The notes beneath the pieces are model-generated. The model searched no databases. It saw only the letters and a program-made list of their open reading frames with translations, and was not told the DNA's origin. Shown here one piece after another: positions 10,553-23,141 of a stretch of 64,000 bases of DNA. Numbering within the stretch: the stretch's first letter is position 1; each line of letters starts with the position of its first letter. Origin of the DNA: Selaginella moellendorffii (Eukaryota > Plantae > Lycopodiophyta); contig NW_003314364.1 of NCBI RefSeq assembly GCF_000143415.4, forward strand, positions 348,561 through 412,560. The letters are read 5' to 3'. The position numbers were made by a program, and so were the translations under genes.

Positions 10553-11654
10553 TCGGGACCGAGAACGAGACCGAGGCTGAGGCCGAGGCCGAGACTGAGA
10601 CCGAGCCCGAGTCCGAGTCCGAGTCCAAGTCCGAGTCCGAGTCCGAGTTCGAGTCTGAGAGGGTGAAAGCCCAAAGCGTTCGTCTCCCAGACCCTGGGGG
10701 GTTTGGTGAGCTCCAAAAGTATAGTAGGGGGAGGACTGTGGTGGAGCCAGTTTGGCCAGGAAAGGCCAGTTTGGCCCAGGAAGGCCGGACCCAGTGTTGG
10801 GTGATGAGCTGCCCACTGGGAAGTCCAAGACTAGAGTGAACACGAACCGACAAGCGGGGTAGCTTGGTGAAGTGTTCAAGAGCCGGCTCTAGTTCCCCCG
10901 GGAGATCGACTGGCCGATGCTCCCAGTCCAAGTGTGGGTGGCACTACCTACTTGGATACCTGTCGTGGCTCAACGGAACCTCGCTCTAAGCCCATGGCTA
11001 GAGCACCTAAAGGCGAAAGGCGGGGAGAGTACCCAGGTGGCTCACGTAAGGCCACGGTGTTTCGAAATGTTGTCCCAAAGGCCCAGACTATGGAAAGGAA
11101 GAGGAGCAGTCCTCTGGGGTAGTGATCAAGGACACAGTCGTGTGGTGAGGAAGTCCCAGAGGACCGGGGGACTTAGTGGTTGAGCCTGTGGGCCTCGATC
11201 CAATGGCAGTGTCGGCAAACACGGCCAGGGGCAGAAAGGGACTTAGTGGGGATGGATAGAGGGATATTGGGGAAGGCTATTCCCCTTGTCGGTGGGCATC
11301 CTAAGGATGCTAAAGAGTGGATCTGAGATGACCACTCACGGATGGGTTACCTAGTCTTGGAGAGCCAAGACTGTGATGCAGGTGGTATTGGACTACCAGT
11401 GTGGCAAAGGTGATTAGGCATGGCCTTAGCGTAACAGGCTGCTATGTCAGTGGTACCTTTGAGTGTCGGTCGTGGGATCGGACACGTGGAGCACTTGGAC
11501 CAAGTGCAAATGTTGAGTGGCATGGATGCCATTCTCGGGGCTAGCAAGTCCCAAGTCCTGAATTGGACTTATGGAGGTTGTGATTGAGACTCCTCCAAGT
11601 GGTCGGAGGTGTGGTTAAGTGACTAAAGTAGAATGGAAAATTTAGTCGCTTACA
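8409..11654 (+). repeat. Stack of three partial copies of the ~1.8-kb LTR (8409-9585, 9586-10383, 10384-11654)
   Basis: Each segment matches the full LTR at 15670-17500. The LTR terminus TTAGTCGCTTACA occurs at 9585 and 11654. Confidence 0.85.
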
Positions 11655-11657
11655 ATT

Positions 11658-11669
11658 TGGTATCGGAGC
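11658..11669 (+). promoter_or_regulatory. Primer-binding site complementary to the tRNA-iMet 3' end
   Basis: TGGTATCGGAGC, 3 nt after the LTR end. Confidence 0.85.
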
Positions 11670-14600
11670 TGTTCCTTAGTCCGACTTTTATTGGTGCTCA
11701 AGTATATCACCACTAGTGTTGGCATCGGAAGGTCCGAGGAGTGGGCCTATCCTTGAGGAGTAGCAAGTCGGGAAGGCATGGCTCTCCATTACAGTTCATG
11801 TGTGAACTTGTAAGCGAGGTGGTGGATAGAAAAGGGCCAAAAAGGTTGTTGTGGTAAACAACTAAAGTTGGGATCACGGGAAAGATAGAGACTCCAAAAC
11901 AATAAAGGAGTCACAAGATTATCCTCATATAGTTGAGGTTGGTGCTCATGAATGTGAGACTAGAGGTAATGACCGTGGGAGGTCAAATACGGAAGAGGAC
12001 TCAAGTCCTTGAAATGGTAGCCGGGGCTACCTTTAATAAATGCTGGAACAACCCAAGGAGTTGGGGGGTGTACTTAGAGATGAGTGGTATTCTCATCACA
12101 TGGACAAGTAGTCCTAAGGGGCAAAGGTGGCCCCCAGAGAACAAAATCAAGTGTCAGAGTAACACTTGTGAAAATAGTCCTTTTGAGTGGGACAGGAATG
12201 CAAGAAGTGTATTCTAGTGAGCTAGTGCCTCACAAGTAGGACCTTACGGGTCTGTGGATTAACCAAGTCCAAAACTGCTGGATGACTCAAGTAGAGTCAA
12301 GGGATGGTCCTAAAAGGACTGATGGAAGCATTTGGACTGAGGTGTGTTGTACCCCACGAAGGATGGGGGGGGGGATCATAGGATCCAAGGATGAGAACAG
12401 AGGGTATCTCATCGATGGCAAAATGTGCCATGCTAAAGTTATGGGAAAGATGTTCCCAGAAGAAAGCAACTTTGGCCCAGAGTTGGGTGCAAACACTATG
12501 GTGCAGTGCTAACGGATAGTTAGCATGAGGAACAACTATATTGGTCTTGGCAAAGACCTAAACACTGATAAATAGTGTTATAAGGATAGGCTCGTGGAGC
12601 CGATGGTGTGGAGACACCAAAGGTGCCAAGGCGTGCTGCCTTGAGGTCAAGTTGGTGGGTTCATGAGAACCCCGTCCAAAGGAATCCCAATGGAAATGGG
12701 AATGGCATGGCCTAAGCTGAAAGGCATGCGGTTAGAGTGTGGTGACCCGGATAATGATGGAGGTGTGAAAGCACCAAGCAATAAGTTGTAGGACTTGACA
12801 ATTATGGGGCAACTAAGCAAGAGGTGCAAGATAATTAGTTAAATGGGTAGAAGGTAGCTACCCAAGACTTCTTAATGGCATAAGGAAGTTAGATATACTC
12901 TTACGGGGGATAAATTGCTTATGTTGCAATATAGTAAGTCAATGTCATAAACGGGAATGCTCATTGTCAGGAGGCCATCATTGGGACACCCAAACACTCT
13001 AGAACACCAAGAGGTGGTGTTTTATGTCGCAAGGGCAATAGATAAGGCCCAAAGGACTAAGTCCCTAGCGAATGATGGATAGTAGGTGTTATCCAAATGT
13101 CCAAGGTTGTAGAGACAGGAGAAGACTGTCTACCCAAATTGGACAAAGCCAAAAATGGAATTTTGGCAAGGCTAGTGATGGGTATGTACAAGCCCATAAG
13201 CAGCAACGTTAATCTCGATATGTGGGATTATAAGGTGAGCATGCCCAAGATTGAGGAACCACTCCCTATGCTATTGGGTAGGTTCATCCCTAAAAATACT
13301 TGCTAAGGCATGATAGAAAGTGCAAAGCTATCCTCCTGGTTTGGAGGAGAATGACCGAAGGAAAGGTGTGAAGCCAAAAGCAAGAAGTAAGGGGATAGAA
13401 CCGAACCACAAGAATTGAACGGCATAACCAAGGTTGGTTATGCCAGCTGGGAGTGGAGAATCAAGTGGGGGCTCGAGGGTGTTGCCGCTAGCAACCGTGA
13501 TGCCATGGAGAGTCTAAAATATGGAATTATCCATGTTAGACTATATGGCAACTATAAAGCTTGCAAAAAGGGAGGCCTTAGCAAGCTGAGGTACAAAGTT
13601 CCTTCAAAGTTCCCAAAGATGATTCTAGGTAGCTTAGTACCTAGAAAGGCCAAGTGTAAATGGTTCATAGAACGCGCGAAATCAGAGTGGCGCAGCAGAA
13701 GCGTGGTCTTGAAGCTTGCCATGAGGCAAGGCTGTCAAGGTTAGGGAAGTAGTTCCCGAGTGTTCAAAGAGAGGGCTTTAAACGAAAGTTGATGGTTAAG
13801 GACTTCCACGCTTATGCATGAACCATGTTACGGTGGCCGGACGACTTGCTAAGTGAGATTGGCAAGTTGGGGGGAACAAATACCCTAGTTGAAGGTGCTA
13901 ACTTCAAAAAGGGTGGCCCATGGGGCCAAGCATGGAGGAGCCCATGCATGATCACAGATATGTCAAGTGAGAGGACTTGGCAGTGTGGGGGAACTAGGTT
14001 CCTAAGTTATGATCTGTAGCGGGCTTTAAAAATAAGTTGGTGCACCGGCGTGGGGAGTCATGCCAGGCATCTTGTGTGATGCCGTCCGTAGATGCATATA
14101 CGGAGGTTGGGTTCGAGTCCCGACCCTCTAGTGCTTGGGTTCGAGTCCCAAATCACTAGGGCGTGGTGATGGTTTGGAATATGAGGACATTCATATTTAG
14201 GTGGTCATGGACTCTCAGTGGGGAGACTGGTTTGGGCACACCGCCAAGCAAGGGATGCCTCGGAGTCGTGATGCACGGTTAGATTGCTTAGTGTGAAAGC
14301 TCAGCATATCTAACTTGAACACTTTGGTGCAAAGGGGCACCAAGGACGAGGTGAATGAGATGGGGACACCCAGTCTCAGTTGCTATAGACCCTTGGCTGG
14401 AAGGGCTGGCTTGGGCGCACCGCCAAGTGTGGGGGATGCCCCCGGGGTCATAGTCAACAACTTAAAGGTCGAGGAGACCTAGTACCTATTGGCAAAACCT
14501 ATTAAGGTGCCAAAGTTAGATCACTAGGTGATCTTATGGCTAAAAACAAGGACAAGGTCCTTGTGATGTTAAGGAACAAGGTTCCTAGTTCAAAACGTTG

Positions 14601-15669
14601 ATTTGAACTATTGATAATGGTGTGGTTTGGTCAAGGTGACCAAGTGGGAAGGACACCTAAGGGAAATAAGATATGTCAATGCAATAGCATAGTGAGGTCA
14701 AGGAGAGTAGTCTCTATAAGAGACCCATGGGAGGGTCATACAATTGGGCCGTGGATAGAGCCCATAGCAGAAGATCCTAAAGAGACGTACTAGTGAACAT
14801 CCTTCGGACTTGGCAAAAAAGAGTCTTTGCTATGGAACTGAAGGGATACCTCAAAAATGGAGGTAGCAATCCTGTGTTGCTGAGTGCAACAATGAAGGAT
14901 AGGAGCAAAAGATGAGTGGCCAAGATAGGGCCATGGAATCCCTTGGAAGGAATCCAAGTGACGAAGTTAAGTGAAGAACACTAATGTGTTGAACGCTAAC
15001 AAGTTGCAGGAAAGGAAGTGTGTTTCCAAGGATGGATTCCGAATTGCTCCGATTTGGCGAAAGTGGAAGCTCCAAGGGAGGGAGCGGTAAGGTAGCGAAA
15101 TGATAGGGCCATGGGCAGCCCTAGCACAAAGTATGATAAATGGAACTTAGTGCCCAAGGTGGCACGAAATAGAAGAGAGGATGATGGTGCCCTCAAGTAA
15201 TGAACTTCCTAGGATGGGGAAGTGGAGTTGCACAATCTGTGCAATGCAAGGTGTTGGAGACACCTAGGAAATTGACTTCCAAAAAGTCAAAAGAGTAAAA
15301 GTTCCAAGGTGCAAACGTTCAATAGATGGAAATTGAGACTACTCGAGGAGTAGTGGGATTGACTTAGAGAAGGGTCTCTAAGAGGTTTAGCGAGAACTAA
15401 ACCAATAAAAGGCGAGAACCACTACATGTGGTCCAATCAGTCTCTAAGTTGGAGAGACTACCCTCCTTAGAGGATAGGCAAGGCATGGTGAGCCTTTGGT
15501 GTCAAACCATTGAGGAATATGCAAAAGGCATGGCGAGCCTTCAATGTCAAACCATAGACAAATATTGGCTGAGTGCCAAGGATGGAAATGGTGACACATG
15601 CGGGTGTTACTTTACAAAATGGTTTACCATTCGATGAGGACATCGAACTTCGTCTATGGGTGGTGGAGT

Positions 15670-17500
15670 TGTGAGACACAAAATCCGTAGGCCCCAAAGT
15701 AGAGCCGGAAAGGGTGCCACGTGGTAGTGCCTGAAGCGAGAGCCAAACGAGCGTAACACGTTTGGACCAAAAGCTCCGACTTGAAAAGTCAAGAGCGGGA
15801 GTGGAACTCCCAACGAAGTGCTCGAGGAACGAGCACGAAGCGAGCAAAAAGCGAGGCTCCAAAAAGGGACCCAAAAGGACCAACACATGACACGTGGAAG
15901 TGTCCGAGATGGACCCGAGTTGGAGTCCGAAGTGGAGTCCGAGATGGACCCGAGATGGAGTCCGAGATGGAGTCCGAGATAGAGTCCGAGGTGGACCTAA
16001 GATGGACCCGAAATGGAGTCCGAGATGGAGTCCGAGATGGAGTCCGAGGTGGACCCGAGATGGACCCGAAATGGAGTCCGAGATGGAGTCCGAGATGGAC
16101 CAGAGATGGAGTCCGAGATGGACCCAAGATGGACCCGAAATGGAGTCCGAGATGGAGTCCGAGATGGAGTCCGAGGTGGACCCGAGATGGACCCGAAATG
16201 GAGTCCGAGATGGAGTCCGAGATGGACCCGAGATGGAGTCCGAGATGGACCCGAGATGGAGTCCGAGATGGACCCGAAATGGAGTCCAAGATGGACCCGA
16301 GATGGAGTCCGAGATGGAGTCCGAGATGGAGTCCGAAGTCGAGACCGAGACCGGGACCGAGACCGAGACTGAGACCGAGACCGAGACCGAGATCGGGACC
16401 GAGAACAAGACCGAGGCCGAGGCCGAGACCGAGCCCGAGCCCGAGTCCGAGTCCGAGTCCGAGTCCGAGTCCGAGTCCGAGTCCGAGTCCGAGTTCGAGT
16501 CTGAGAGGGTGAAAGCCCAAAGCGTTCGTCTCCCAGACCCTGGGGGGTTTGGTGAGCTCCAAAAGTATAGTAGGGGGAGGACTGCAGTGGAGCCAGTTTG
16601 GCCAGGAAAGGCCAGTTTGGCCCAGGAAGGCCGGACCCAGTGTTGGGTGATGAGCTGCCCACTGGGAAGTCCAAGACTAGAGTGAACACGAACCGACAAG
16701 CGGGGTAGCTTGGTGAAGTGTTCAAGAGCCGGCTCTAGTTCCCCCGGGAGATCGACTGGCCGATGCTCCCAGTCCAAGTGTGGGTGGCACTACCTACTTG
16801 GATACCTGTCGTGGCTCAACGGAACCTCGCTCTAAGCCCATGGCTAGAGCACCTAAAGGCGAAAGGTGGGGAGAGTACCCATGAGGCTTGCGTAAGGCCA
16901 CGGTGTTCCGAAATGTTGTCCCAAAGTCCCAAACGGTGAAAGGGAAGAGGAGTAGGCCTCTAATGCAGTGACCAAGGATACGGTCACATGGTGAGGAAGT
17001 CCCAGAGGACCGGGGGACTTAGTGGTCGAGCCTGTGGGCCTCGATCCAGTGGCAGTGTCGGCAAACACGGCCAGGGGCAGAAAGGGACTTAGTGGGGACG
17101 GACAGAGGGATATTGGGGAAGGCTATTCCCCTTGTCGGTGGGCATCCTAAGGATGCTAAAGAGTGGATCTGAGATGACCACTCACGGATGAGTTACCTAG
17201 TCTTGGAGAGCCAAGACTGTGATGCATGTGGTATTGGACTACCAGTGTGGCAAAGGTAATTAGGCATGGCCTTAGCGTAACAGGCTGCTATGTCAGTGGT
17301 ACCTTTGAGTGTCGGTCGTGGGATCGGACACATGGAGCACTTGGACCAAGTGCAAATGTTGAGTGGCATGGATGCCATTCTCGGGGCTAGCAAGTCCCAA
17401 GTCCTGAATTGGACTTATGGAGGTTGTGATTGAGACTCCTCCAAGTGGTCGGAGGTGTGGTTAAGTGACTAAAGTAGAATGGAAAATTTAGTCGCTTACA
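15670..17500 (+). repeat. Full-length 3' LTR (~1.83 kb) with internal hexamer array
   Basis: TGTGAGACAC...GTCGCTTACA. Collinear with the solo LTR at 60032-61876. Confidence 0.9.
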
Positions 17501-18245
17501 ATCGACTGGCCGATGCTCCCAGTCCAAGTGTGGGTGGCACTAACTACTTGGATACCTGGTGTGGCTTAACGGAACCTCACTCTAAGCCCATGGCTAGAGC
17601 ACCGAAAGGCGGAAGGCGGGAAGAGTACCCATGAGGCCCGTGTAGGGCCACGGTGTTCCGAATGTTGTCCTGAAGGCCCAGACTATAGAAAGGAAGAGGA
17701 GTAGTCCTCTGGTGTAGTGACCAAGGATACAGTCGAGTGGTGAGGAAGTCCTAGAGGACAATGAGATTTAGTGGTCAGGCCTGTGGTCCTCGATCCAGTG
17801 GCAGTGTTGGCAAACACGGCCATGGGCAGAAAGGGACTTGGTGAAGACCGGAAAAGGGATATTAGGGAAGGCTATTCCCCATGTCTGGGGGCATCCTAAG
17901 GATGCTAAGGAGTGGATCTGGAATGATCACTCTTGGACAGATGGCCCAGTCCTTGAGAGATGGGACTGTGATGCAGGTGGTGTTAGACCTCTGGTGTGAC
18001 CAAGGTAAAGGGGCATGGCCTTAGCGTAACGGGTTGATATGTCAGTGGTACCTTGGGGTGTCAGTCGAATCGGACACGTGGAGCACTTGGATCAAGTGCA
18101 AAGGTTGAGTGGCGGGGATGCCATTCTCGGGGCTAGCAAGCCCAAGTCTGAAATAGGACTTATGAAAGTTGTGAGTGAAACTCCTCCAAGTGGTTGGAGG
18201 TGTGGTTAAGTGACTAAAGTAGAATGGAAAATTTAGTCGCTTACA
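17501..18245 (+). repeat. Additional 3'-half LTR copy in tandem
   Basis: Starts ATCGACTGGCCGATGCTCCC and ends GTCGCTTACA. Confidence 0.85.
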
Positions 18246-18335
18246 ACATGTTACGCTTGTTTAGCTTTCGCTTTGGCCACCACCATATGGTGCCCTTTTG
18301 GCTCCACTTTGGGGCTTAAGGATTTGTGTCTCACA
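18246..18335 (-). repeat. Inverted 5' terminus of the same LTR family
   Basis: Ends GGATTTGTGTCTCACA, the reverse complement of TGTGAGACACAAATCC. Confidence 0.8.
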
Positions 18336-18339
18336 CGTT

Positions 18340-19300
18340 ATAAATCCCAAATCTTGTGTATACATCTTTTGATTCAGAACCTTTAGAACAAACATTGTGA
18401 GGCTATCAAAGTGCAAAAGGAAAATTTTTCACTTACACTTTATTATGAATAATAATTTTCTTATCAATTTTTTTACCTATAACAATTTTTTATATAAAAT
18501 AAAACTTAATTTTTTTATATACTCTCAAGTAAAGCTGATATAAAATTTTGTGATATACAATATAAAAAATATTAATCTTAATAAAATAAAGTTTGTATAT
18601 ATACTACAGTATTAAAATTCACCAAAATAAAGGTTCTGAAAAATGATTAAAAACTTATATAAAAAGTTTATATGTATAAGAAATAACAAATTAAATATAA
18701 AAATATATAGAGTAGTAATTGTATTTGCGATTTTTTTTAAATTCAATGCTGCAAATGTAGAGTATTTGAGAAAATGATTAGAAGTTTCTAAATATAAAAA
18801 TAATAGATAATTTAAAATAAATTATAATTATATAAATTTTACAAGTTTAGAAACTATATTAAATATTGTGATTATCATAAAAATAAAAAATAATGAAGAT
18901 AAATTTGTATATATAAAGGAAACAATTATACTCCTAGAAGATTATGTAGAAGTTATACCATTAATAATTATATAAATAATTACTGAGATAATAAGTTATT
19001 TTAAATGTGATTGAAAGGAAGATTATTATGTAAATAAAAATAAGTGTAAAATATTTAATATTTAATTTTTTTAAATAAATATAATATATACATAATATTT
19101 TTTGGTTTTATAATGATAATAGTGCCTGTTATTAATCTAAACAAAAGAAACATTAATAAATAAAAATAATCTAAAATGTTATATTAATATATTAATATAA
19201 CATTAATATTAATATCTATCACATGTTTACCATCTTTTTATATCTACTGGCATCAATGGGAATTATATGCTCATTGGATTTGAACTTGGGTTATATCAGA
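18340..19300. other. Very AT-rich non-coding spacer
   Basis: Long A/T runs and no ORFs in the track. Confidence 0.7.
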
Positions 19301-19376
19301 TTAGCATTTAAACCCTAAAAACCGGAATCTTATCTTGAACTTTAACCATTTTTAACTTTTAGGTTATTTTTGGGTT

Positions 19377-22300
19377 TCACTTTTTCCGCTGGAGGCAACT
19401 CAATTTACTGAAAAGCCCGACTTTTACTCCATCCCCTGATGCGACTGCTTTCGAATAAATGTCCTTGCAACTCTGGAAAACCTGTATAGACAGATTAATA
19501 TAGAGAGATTAACCAGATGACCAGTCTTTTACCTCTCGGACATCCTTCCTTGGAATACCTTCCCGCAGTGCTAATATTTTCTCTACCACCTCCGGCTGCC
19601 AGAAATATCAAACAGGATGAAGGCCCTTGGGTTGTGAACAGTACTTACAGGACAATCAGGATGGTTCTGTAACATATTGGTGTAAGCCAGTGTGAATGCT
19701 TCCAAACTCTCAGCAGATGCAAGGTCCCGAAATTCAGCTAGCGGTTGGACTCGTTTGGCTGCCTTCTACATAAGGATGAAGACGTTCGTCATAACAAGGT
19801 ATATTGCAATATCTAGCTTACAGCGGGGCTGATATATTCTCTGAAAAAATCGGCAAGAATCTCCTCGTCTACTTTCATCCTTTCAAGCATGTCTTCTTTG
19901 ATGTAGTTTCTCTGCAACACAGATGCGATTTGAGCTTTTTAAGGAAAAGAAGCAAACCTGTGTAAGGAGATGATCCACGTATATGACAATTGTCTCCTCT
20001 AGACAAGCCTCGGCAAACCTTCGAAACGATCTGTCCTCAATATACCTGCAAAACGCACATTGAAAGTCGGGTAGCTCGGTTAATCGTGTCTCACATCTTT
20101 ACATCCCCAAAGTAATCGCCAAATGTTGCAACCAGGTACTCGGTCACAAGTCCTTCATGCCAATCTGCACAGACACGGATGTAAATCTACAATGTTGAAC
20201 GGACTAGCAACCTTTCTGATAAAGTTTGACAAGTAGCTCCTTTACTCCAGGATCTTCAAAAATCACCCTCACGGTTTGTTGGACGGCTTCCTACGAGAAT
20301 GCACTTTGTCATCGCCTCATTCTACATCACCTCCCTCCTCACCTTGGCCACCTCAAGAAACCCTTTACATGTGTCTTCAAAATTGACCTGACATGGTAAA
20401 ACTGAGAGAAAGTGGAAGATAGATGAACTTTTACCTGTTCCGCATAGTATGGAGCAAGTGACTCCATAATATTGCCGCTCAATTCCAAGGAGAGATCGTG
20501 ACAACGAATGTTGTTATTAACCTTGAACGAAGGATGGTGGTTGAAGAGGGAAAGAAAAATGGAGTCTTTTACCATCGCACAAATGGCCTCAAGGCCGATT
20601 TCCGCCGCCGGCTCCTCAAGTCGATGCCGTTCTGCAGCCTGAAAATCGCCCATCACCTGACCAAGTACAGCATTAACAGTTGCCTGAAACGTGCTGAATG
20701 CAAACCTGTATAACGGCGAGAGCAATACGGTAAAGCATTACATCTGTGCTGTTTTCCTGGACATTCTGAACCTGCTCCCCAAGTATCCTGAACAAATCCA
20801 CAGCAGCTGGGGTCCATAGCTTTCCTTGATCTGTTTTCTTCGGCGGCTGCACTTTATCCGCCTCCAGGATGTTGGTGTACCATTTCTGATACAGCACGTA
20901 AGCATGAAACAAGAGCACGCAAGGTGGTACATTTCTTACCTGCATTGTTGATTGCATGCGATCCACATAGACATTCATTAGCGGGTCCATGGCTCCACTC
21001 TCTGCACATACTTGTGCTAAACTCTCGTCCACCCCCAAGTTTAGCAACTGCTCTTGATATTGTACAACCCAGCTGGTTACCTGCAGAAGTGCAAAGTCAC
21101 TCGAAACCTCCACTCTATATACCGACCTTGAGAATGTCGATATTGGACAGGTCACTTGCACGGTCAGCCAAGGCCCTCAGCATCTGGATGAAGCGCTCAG
21201 TATACAGCTGCACCATCAGCAGGAAGATCTCATAGCTGTAAGTTGCAGCAGCAAAGTCTCAGCACTTGAAAATGCACGCAGCCTAGACTGTACCGAGGAG
21301 GAAAGCACGGGGCCACAAAGTCATACACGTCCGGCAGCTCCCCGCCGATCTGCACAACGAGTTTATCGCCGCGTAACAACAAGCTGAGAGGCAGAGAGGC
21401 TCACCGCATTCGCTTCATCCAATGCAGCGCTTAGCTCTTCCTTGACAAGCTGGTCACAAAGTTATCGTTTAAGCAGCAGCTCGCATTACACTACGCGGAG
21501 AGCATACCTTGGTAAGGAGCGTATGGAACCTGTCCTCCACGGACTTGCGTATCTCGTCATAGCAGCGATCTTTGTACCCCTTGCCGTTTTTAGGTGGTTG
21601 GTCAGGCTCGGACGCCACCCCGGACGCCACCGCGGACCTTGAAACAACCATTAGCCAAACTTGGTCACGAGTTCTCGGGAACAGCGTTACTTTCGAGCGG
21701 CCCTGGTGTTGGATATGAGTGCCACCGGTCCAGCTCCCTCGGCTTCAGCAGCTTCTTCGGCATGCTGCTGATCCAGCACCTCCTGCATCTCCACTACCCT
21801 GCCAACACAAGTGAGTGAGTGAGAGAAATGACAATGGGGGCGAACCTGAGCGCACGAACGAGTGTCTGTGGGCTGCATGCAACGAAAAACATGGTGACAC
21901 TGTCCGCACAGAAGCTAGAATGAACCTCTTTCGAGACAGCTGGTAGAAGTTCCTTATGTGATCCCAAAGCATTTGCTCAAACTTGTCCCGCGTCCTATTG
22001 ACATCCTCAAAGTAGTCCCTGGAGAGGCACAACGTGAGAGAGACAATGTAACGAGGAGAGGAAACAATGTGTGGCTGACCGCAGTTTCTTGGCTTCCTCC
22101 TTTCTGGAAGATGCTGTCGCCAGTGCAAATCGCTTCTTGCCTTCGAGGGCCGTCAGGCTCTGTATAGTCAGAAAGAAATGCCGGCAATGTTAGCAGCGAG
22201 TGTATAGGAAGTGAAAGTTTCATGCCTCGAAAGTCGTCACGAGTTCCTTGTCGTCGTTGAGCGATGCTCTGGCTTCCGCAGCCTCGACTGAAATGGACAT

Positions 22301-22846
22301 CATCCCCTCCACGTCCTGCGAGCAAAACGTTCCGTGGGAGGAGCCTTTCTTTGTGTGGAGGAAGAATACACACACCTTGAGCGTTGTGTTGAGATTGTTG
22401 CGGACGTTGCTAAGGAGCTTGATAAGATCGTGGTGCTCGATGAGCGTCTGGCATTCCTGGCACAGCCTGCGTCGCGCATGCGTGTATCACTTTTCTAGCT
22501 TTGAACTGGATCGTGTTTCTTACTTGTCAATAACGAGGAAATTGTCAGCTAGGCGAGCTATGGCGGCCTCCGAGGCGGTGAGCGCATCGATCCCGGCCTT
22601 GGCCTGCTCAACCTGTGCCATGACACTCGCACTGAGCTGCGCGTCATTCGCCTGGAGGGATCCGACCGAAGGAATGGAGCGTGGATTTAGGCGCAGGAGT
22701 GGAAGTGTAACGAAGCCTACCTGCTGGCGCAAGGAGTAGTCAGTGCGGAGGATAGCGATGGAAGCGAGTGAGTCGGGATATGGCAGGAGCTTGGCAACCT
22801 CCCGCACGGCCGCCTCTTTGGCCTCCACTCCGAGCTCCTGCCACAT
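19377..22846 (-). CDS. SEC6: Exocyst complex component SEC6 (EXOC3), multi-exon
   Basis: N-terminus [22 protein letters not shown]...QQANDAQLS. Internal segments [52 protein letters not shown] and [15 protein letters not shown] match plant SEC6. The last exon ends ...SCLQRKK*, with the stop at 19377-19379. Confidence 0.92.
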
Positions 22847-22894
22847 TGCTACCTTAGGTCATTCGTTTGCTCAAGAGAGAAATACCTAGCACTC

Positions 22895-23141
22895 GACGAC
22901 GCTGCCAGCCGCGCCACATCCGAGCTCTACCCGGCGCTCAAGGATTCCGTGGCGCGGGACATCGGGCAGCCCTAGCCGCTGGGGTGGCGACGGTGGCGGA
23001 GTCATCGAGCTACGTGCTGCTTGGACGCGAGTGGACTGGCCGCTCACTTTCGTGCCTACTATCTTGACAACCCTCCAGCTCCAGTCGGACCTCCGCGCCT
23101 TCCTCCACTCGCTATTCGCCCAGATGGCAGGCTTCTTCATC
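22895..23141 (+). pseudogene. Collapsed fragments of SEC15
   Basis: Collinear blocks match the intact SEC15 at ~26.3-26.9 kb: CGAGCTCTACCCGGCGCTCAAGG, GGGACATCGGGCAG, CGTGCCTACTATCTTGACAACC and GCCCAGATGGC...CTTCTTCATC. Large deletions separate them. Confidence 0.85.

Larger units (their letters stand above)
9586..17500 (+). mobile_element. Non-autonomous LTR retrotransposon (LARD-like) with ~4.0-kb non-coding internal region
   Basis: The 5' LTR ends CA at 11654. A primer-binding site (PBS) TGGTATCGGAGC lies at 11658-11669. A purine-rich GGGTGGTGGAG precedes the 3' LTR at 15670-17500 (TG...CA). No gag/pol motifs are recognisable in 11655-15669. The left boundary is uncertain because the 5' LTR is rearranged. 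Confidence 0.75.

Noticed and set aside
8304-10931. Long ORFs with SR/PR/ES/LG dipeptide repeats (also 15467-16777 and 60127-61154)
   Set aside because: They are artefacts of stop-poor hexamer arrays in the LTR, open in several frames on both strands.
14103-14159. tRNA gene
   Set aside because: Only T-arm-like hairpins are present; no D arm, anticodon arm or acceptor stem was found.
8409-18245. Hammerhead ribozyme (retrozyme) in the non-autonomous LTR elements
   Set aside because: No CTGANGA...GAAA core with flanking helices was found by eye. An Infernal search would be needed to exclude it.
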